Assembly: GCA_963827165.1 (NCBI GenBank)
Contig: CAWGZR010000001.1
Coordinates: 1-54,222 of the forward strand
Direction of reading: 5' to 3'
Origin: Candidatus Bathyarchaeota archaeon
GTDB lineage: Archaea; Thermoproteota; Bathyarchaeia; Bathyarchaeales; Bathycorpusculaceae
Length of the DNA: 54,222 bases
Part shown: positions 49,339 through 54,222 of the stretch, piece after piece
How the letters are laid out: every line of letters starts with the position of its first letter
How positions within the stretch are numbered: position 1 is the stretch's first letter
Program-made: the position numbers and the translations under genes
The notes under the pieces: generated by a model
Seen by the model: only the letters and a program-made list of their open reading frames with translations
The model's database searches: none
What the model was told of the DNA's origin: nothing

Positions 49339-49453
49339 TGGCGCCGGGAGGGGGATTTGAACCCCCGCGGCCCCGAGAGGCCACAAGCTGCTTGGTGCTT
49401 GCCTTAGGCAAACATCTCCAGGCTTGCTCCCTGCCTGGCTAGGATACCCCGGC
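49339..49453 (-). tRNA. tRNA-Ser(GGA) with 26-nt canonical 37/38 intron (49390-49415) and encoded CCA
   Basis: GCCGGGG...CAAGC CT GGA G[intron]A GCTTG, long variable arm, GGTTCAAATCC, TCCCGGC G CCA; BHB motif with one C-A mismatch. Confidence 0.95.
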
Positions 49454-49641
49454 AACGTAAACCAAACTTCGCTCTTAGCTGGTTTGCAACCTTTCTCTTT
49501 GTCAGGCTGAATTTAAAGTTTTATGGTAGATTTCCAAGTGCAATTTTGTTGCGAAGGTTTTTGGCTTCCTGCTCCAAAGTCATGCTTTTCTTGATGTTTG
49601 GAAACTAGCAAAAAGAAAACTTTTCGTTGCAGTGTCTTTTT

Positions 49642-49920
49642 TTATGCTGGCTGAACGGTTACTTCTAGAATTTCGCCTGCAATGTTTGGTTTTTCCTCTC
49701 GAGTCATCAATGTAAGTGTCAATTTTGGGATTAGTATACGTCCCTGCTTGTCCATTCTTGCATAGAAGTATCGGGGGAGCATCGTTTTTTCGGTTTCTAC
49801 GCTGATTCTTAGCATCTGGTTTTGCTCCATTTTGAATTGCCATACGATTGTTTTTGGAATTTGTACTCTGTTTCCTTTTTCAAGTACAGCTGGGAAGGTT
49901 ACGTTTTGATCTAACGGCAT
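49642..49920 (-). CDS. Tandem double-AbrB-fold DNA-binding protein
   Basis: AVLEKGNRVQIPK and ARMDKQGRILIPK: two AbrB-like motifs in 92 aa. Confidence 0.7.
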   Translation of the reverse strand: MPLDQNVTFPAVLEKGNRVQIPKTIVWQFKMEQNQMLRISVETEKTMLPRYFYARMDKQGRILIPKLTLTLMTREEKPNIAGEILEVTVQPA

Positions 49921-49950
49921 GGCTTGTCTCCGTTTAATGTTTATTTTCTT

Positions 49951-50025
49951 TGACTTTTGTTGACTATTATTGACTATTATAGACTACTATTGACTATTAA
50001 AGACTATTGCTGACTATTACAGACT
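49951..50025. repeat. 7.5 tandem 10-bp repeats, consensus WGACTATTAN
   Basis: tgacttttgt tgactattat tgactattat agactactat tgactattaa agactattgc tgactattac agact. Confidence 0.95.
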
Positions 50026-50236
50026 CAACCTGCAACAGATCCAAGCCCCAAACCAAAAAAGCAACTCAAAACACAAAGAAATTTTTCCCAGGAAAAATCA
50101 GCAGCATAAACCACCGCACGGTAAAACATTTGTGTCAAGCCATCCCAGCCAGATAGTAATCAAACATGTTGCATTGGACAAAGTTTTTATTCGCGTTTGA
50201 AACTTAACCTTCCGCGTTAAGATAGAGGATTTCGAA

Positions 50237-51034
50237 ATGACCTTTCAAAAAGCAGATTTCGTAGTGATCGATTATTCAGCAAAGGTTAAGGAAACAAACG
50301 AAGTTTTCGACACCACAAAAGAAGATGTGTCTAAAAAAGAGCATCTTCACAAAGAAGGCGAAATATACGAGCCTAAACTGGTTGTAATAGGAGAAGGCTG
50401 GGTACTCAAAGCCTTAGACGACAGCTTAACATCCATGGAGATAAACACTCCCGCAACCGTCGAGATCTCACCGGAAAAAGGCTTCGGACAGCGAGACCCC
50501 GAAAAAATCAAACGTGTACCTCTTAGGCAACTTTTGGCAAAAGAAATCAACCCAGTTATCGGCGCACGCATAGAATACCAAGGCAAAATGGCAAGCGTCC
50601 GAGCAATCGGAGCCGGAAGAGTTCTCTTAGACTACAACCCGCCACTAGCCGGAAAAACCCTAATTTACGAAGTAACAATTAACAAAAAAATCGAAAGCAA
50701 CGACGAAAAAATCGCGGCACTCGTCCACCGCAGAATACCCCAAGTAGAGGAACCACAGTTCAAGATAACTATCCAAGACAAAACCCTAACCATCGACATG
50801 CCTGAAGTAGCCTTCTACATCGAAGGAATACAAATCGCAAAACGAGGCATCGCAATTGACATCCAAAAATTCATCCCCGACATAGCTGAAACCAAATTCG
50901 TAGAAACTTTCAAAGCCGAACCAAAACCCGCACCCATAGAGCCAGCGCCAGCAGAAACGACCACCGAGACAACACCCGCGCCTGAAGCTCCAGCGTCAAC
51001 ACCTGAGCCAGAAGATAAAGCGGCAAAAGCATAA
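50237..51034 (+). CDS. slyD: FKBP-type peptidyl-prolyl isomerase, long archaeal SlyD type
   Basis: DFVVIDYS..EVFDTT, ISPEKGFGQRDP, GRVLLDYNPPLAGKTLIYEV. Confidence 0.92.
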   Translation: MTFQKADFVVIDYSAKVKETNEVFDTTKEDVSKKEHLHKEGEIYEPKLVVIGEGWVLKALDDSLTSMEINTPATVEISPEKGFGQRDPEKIKRVPLRQLLAKEINPVIGARIEYQGKMASVRAIGAGRVLLDYNPPLAGKTLIYEVTINKKIESNDEKIAALVHRRIPQVEEPQFKITIQDKTLTIDMPEVAFYIEGIQIAKRGIAIDIQKFIPDIAETKFVETFKAEPKPAPIEPAPAETTTETTPAPEAPASTPEPEDKAAKA

Positions 51035-51151
51035 GACGCCGCCTTCAAACATTTTCCATATCTATAATCTATTTCTTTAGGCGTTCCTCAGTCCACAATC
51101 GACCGTAGCTCAGAGGCAATCTTTTCCTGGGACTTATTTTAGAAAACTATG

Positions 51152-52219
51152 TTATTTGATTATTCCTGTTGCTCTTGCGGTTTTCTCGCAGGATTCAGAA
51201 TCTAGGTTTAGCTTGTGAAGGATTGTGTAGCGTTCGGGTCTTATTTTTGGAGCTAACTCCAAAGCCTTAATCACGTCATCGTCTTTTACACCCAGCTCTT
51301 TGGCGGTTGTGGGCGCACCTATCAATTTGAGACTGCTCAAAATTCGCTGCCAATTCGACTTGTAGAGATACGCCGAAAGAATTGATCCTACTCCGCATTG
51401 TTCTCCATGCATGGCATGATGGGAATTCACTATGTCCAGGGCGTGGCTAAATAGGTGTTCTGAACCGCTGCATGGACGGCTGCTTCCTGCGATGCTCATG
51501 GCAACCCCGCAACTAATCAAGGCTTCAAGAAGAACCCTTAGGCCTTCATCTTCATGGTTCACAATTAGTTTTGCGTTCTGCGCCACTAGTTTTGCGCTCA
51601 TTAACGCTAAACTGGCTGCGTACTCCCCGTAATACTCGTTTTGCTCCATATGCGCGAGTTTCCAGTCTTTTACGGCTGTAAACTTTGCGATTACGTCTCC
51701 GCAGCCGCTTATCACAAAACGCCAAGGTGCTTTGCTTATGACTTCTGTATCTGCGATAATGGCTAATGGCGCCTGCGAAAGAACCGAGTAGGGCTTGTCG
51801 GAGCCTTTTATCGACGCTAAAGGGCTCGCGATGCCATCGTGGGATACAGTGGTTGGGATGCTGATGAATGGGATGTTTTGGCTTCTTGAGCTTACTTTGG
51901 CGGCATCAATTATTGTTCCTCCACCGACGGCGAAAAGTACCTGCGGCTTTAGATCTTTGATTTGATTTTCAACTTCCGCGATGTCTTTTGCAGTCATTGT
52001 TTTGACCAAAAGGAAATCAACAGATAAGCCTGCTTCAGCAAGAAAATCAGAAACCGTTTTTCCAGCAAGATCGTAACATACGGCATCCGACATAACCAGG
52101 GCTTTTCCTTTGAGGTGTAAACGTTTCGTAACCTCGGGTATCCGGTTAAGTGTCCCTTTCCCAACTATGACTTCACGTGGAAGCTGCATGTAATGGTAAT
52201 TTAAAGTCAAACCTACCAC
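51152..52219 (-). CDS. egsA: sn-glycerol-1-phosphate dehydrogenase
   Basis: MQLPREVIVG, GGGTIIDAAK, PTTVSHDGIAS, SSRPCSGSEHLFSHALD, HGEQCG, IRPERYTIL. Confidence 0.97.
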   Translation of the reverse strand: MVGLTLNYHYMQLPREVIVGKGTLNRIPEVTKRLHLKGKALVMSDAVCYDLAGKTVSDFLAEAGLSVDFLLVKTMTAKDIAEVENQIKDLKPQVLFAVGGGTIIDAAKVSSRSQNIPFISIPTTVSHDGIASPLASIKGSDKPYSVLSQAPLAIIADTEVISKAPWRFVISGCGDVIAKFTAVKDWKLAHMEQNEYYGEYAASLALMSAKLVAQNAKLIVNHEDEGLRVLLEALISCGVAMSIAGSSRPCSGSEHLFSHALDIVNSHHAMHGEQCGVGSILSAYLYKSNWQRILSSLKLIGAPTTAKELGVKDDDVIKALELAPKIRPERYTILHKLNLDSESCEKTARATGIIK

Positions 52220-52412
52220 TGTTAACTTACAGACTAATCTGTTTACGATGGTTTAAAACTTTGGGAAACTTGACCAAAAACGCGCCAGTTTAATCGAGAG
52301 TAAGAATAATTGAGATAAACATATTTCCGAATCAAGAATTGCTTTCTGAGCCAATTTAGCGATGTTGATCAAGGCAGTAAACAATAAAAATCTCGTCGAT
52401 CAAAATCTAGTT

Positions 52413-52799
52413 ATGGCAAAAGTAAAAGAAAGAATAGTGGACATTGATGATATTCTGAACCGTTTGGAACCCGAACAAAAAGAAACTGTTCAAAACCTTC
52501 GCGGATTAATAAAAAGCGCCGTACCTGAAACCGTTGAAACAGTCAAGCAGGGAATTATCACCTATAAACTGGGAAACAACGACTTTGTTTGGATAGGCAC
52601 TTACAGAAAACATGTTAACTTGGAGTTTTCCATGGGTGCAAGTCTTGATTCAGATATGCTTAAAAGTAGGGGAATAGAAAAATCTGAAAATACTCGTCAC
52701 ATTACTGTAGGCGATTTTGGGAAGCATAAACCCGAAATAACGCGGCTCTTAAAAGAAGCGGCGTTGTTGGGTTTCAAGCATTGTTCAACGGCTCCCTAA
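52413..52799 (+). CDS. DUF1801-like protein
   Basis: LRGLIKSAVPETVETVKQG..TY...HVNLEFSMGASL...RHI. Confidence 0.75.
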   Translation: MAKVKERIVDIDDILNRLEPEQKETVQNLRGLIKSAVPETVETVKQGIITYKLGNNDFVWIGTYRKHVNLEFSMGASLDSDMLKSRGIEKSENTRHITVGDFGKHKPEITRLLKEAALLGFKHCSTAP

Positions 52800-52816
52800 A
52801 CGAGAACTGCAACGGT

Positions 52817-53050
52817 CTATTTTGGTTTAATAACTATTTTTGTCGCTACACTTAAGCTATATTCGCCATCCGCAGCTTTGCCGAACGTTAAATTGAAGCT
52901 GTCCACATTGACATCCATAGGTTCACCAGCCATCTCTCTGACATTTCCCACCAAATCCCTAACTTTTTCTATTATTTTAGTCACATCAATACTTGTTGTG
53001 GGCTCTTTCTTCGCCTTGGGCTCAGATGCATGTACCTCGATTTCAACCAT
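52817..53050 (-). CDS. Small hypothetical protein
   Basis: GGAGGTG RBS before ATG 53050. Confidence 0.7.
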   Translation of the reverse strand: MVEIEVHASEPKAKKEPTTSIDVTKIIEKVRDLVGNVREMAGEPMDVNVDSFNLTFGKAADGEYSLSVATKIVIKPK

Positions 53051-53280
53051 TTTTGTTTCACCTCCAAAAATCAAAGAAATTCACTCAACTGGTGCTTTAA
53101 ACTTATGTGATTACTGCAAGAAGACACAACCCAAAACCTGCGGGGTTGCGCGCCGTCTTCTATAACTGTGGGATGTCGACTAGTTTGTTATTCTAAAATA
53201 AAATGTTATGAAACATTTCTTTGTAAAATATTTCCAACTTTGAAACATCGCTTATATAATGTTCTATAATCATAAGTCAA

Positions 53281-53374
53281 GTGGAGAAGGACGAGGAGAA
53301 AGGAGAAAGACTCCATGCACCAAGGGTAGGAAACTTCCAACCGCTTGTCTCGCTTCTCCATTTTGCTTCTTTTT
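53281..53374 (+). ncRNA. Candidate structured small RNA
   Basis: TTATATAA box at 53252-53259; 5' GTGGAGAAG/GACGAG pair with 3' CTTGTC/CTTCTCCAT; two internal hairpins; T-rich end. Confidence 0.35.
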
Positions 53375-54120
53375 AACTATTACTAAGAAATTAAGCTAAT
53401 GCTAAAATGGCCATAGATCTTGTGACATAATCCATTTTAGAAATATGACTTTTAAGACTCCGAGGCTACTTTTGTATTTGAGGAGAAAGGAAAGCTTCAA
53501 AGAAAGGAGAAAGGGGAAAATCCCCCAATATTTTTAGTCCAAAAGTTTAAGCCAACTAAACGGTATCAGCTTAAACCACTCAACTGATAACGCCACCGGA
53601 TATGGCCTGCACGTTTTCTTTTGAAAAGAACTTATCTTTAGACATAAAAATCACATTTAAACAGTAAATATTTTGTTTCGATAAATAATATGCTTGAGTA
53701 TATGCATATGATAATAAGTTTTAATGCTGAGAGGTTAAATTTGAGAAAAGGGCATGAAGACTTGAAAGTTATGAGAAAACTGATTGCCGTCTCAGAAAAT
53801 AAAGAGTTTCATAGGTTTGGAATTTGGTTGTACCCGTGCATTCAACGCGCAATAATAGTTCTCTTCAATCGATTCCACCGCTCAAAAAATACTCGTCTAA
53901 AAAAGACAAAAAACAAGAAAAGTTACTATCGCCAATTAGGTAACCCACGCTCTCACGATGCTTGACGCTCCTTTTCAGTAACACTGTAGTCTTAGGCATC
54001 TTTCTTATGAAAAAAATGACTACAGAACGCTATATAGCGCAATATTCTGAAGTTCTTGCGCCTTTGAACGTTAGAGTTATAACGCCCGACAAACTTACAG
54101 AGGTGCTGGACGGGAAATCA

Positions 54121-54221
54121 GGGCGAGTAAAGAGAGAATAAAACTCTTTCTCGAAGCTCAGTACGGATAGAGCACCAGCCTCCTAAGTTGGGGGTCGAGG
54201 GTTCAAATCCCTCCCCGCCCG
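54121..54221 (+). tRNA. tRNA-Arg(CCT) with 26-nt non-canonical intron at position 9/10 (54130-54155)
   Basis: Spliced: GGGCGAG TA GCTC AGTACGGATA GAGC A CCAGC CT CCT AA GTTGG GGGTC GAGGG TTCAAAT CCCTC CCCGCCC G; complete BHB motif. Confidence 0.9.
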
Positions 54222-54222
54222 C

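Noticed and set aside
49951-50025. Possible CRISPR array
   Set aside because: Contiguous 10-bp units with no spacers, and no cas genes in the window
53690-53965. 91-aa ORF
   Set aside because: AT-rich, no motif and no clear RBS; likely spurious
53200-54100. Replication origin in the AT-rich gap
   Set aside because: No cdc6/orc1 nearby and no repeated ORB elements; the single TTCCA..GAAAC-like match is insufficient

Overview
Archaeal chromosomal segment, most likely Bathyarchaeia (inferred from egsA, a long archaeal SlyD, BHB-intron tRNAs, class III pilins and a PEF-CTERM protein; not database-verified). Layout: (i) 2.8-10 kb: toxin-antitoxin (TA) modules and a large surface protein separated by repeated remnants of a tRNA-Pro 3' end. 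(ii) 10.6-31.7 kb: cell-surface region with a type IV pilus locus, degenerate KaiC-like and HerA-like ATPases, two paralogous wHTH regulators and a 1818-aa pilin-adhesin. (iii) 34.4-49.3 kb: cargo array downstream of an intact intron-containing tRNA-Ser(GGA), containing about nine degenerate copies of the tRNA 3' end, many inside a palindromic attP-like site. These delimit mostly 0.8-1 kb cassettes, typically one TA pair each; an IS481 element with a 15-bp target duplication also lies here. (iv) Core genes slyD and egsA, a candidate sRNA, and a tRNA-Arg(CCT) with a BHB intron at the unusual position 9/10. The best candidate for an undescribed system is the pair of integrase-less, tRNA-anchored, integron-like cassette arrays. 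Four ORF breaks fall on CTAG+1 motifs, suggesting modification-linked basecalling errors. All alignments were done by eye.
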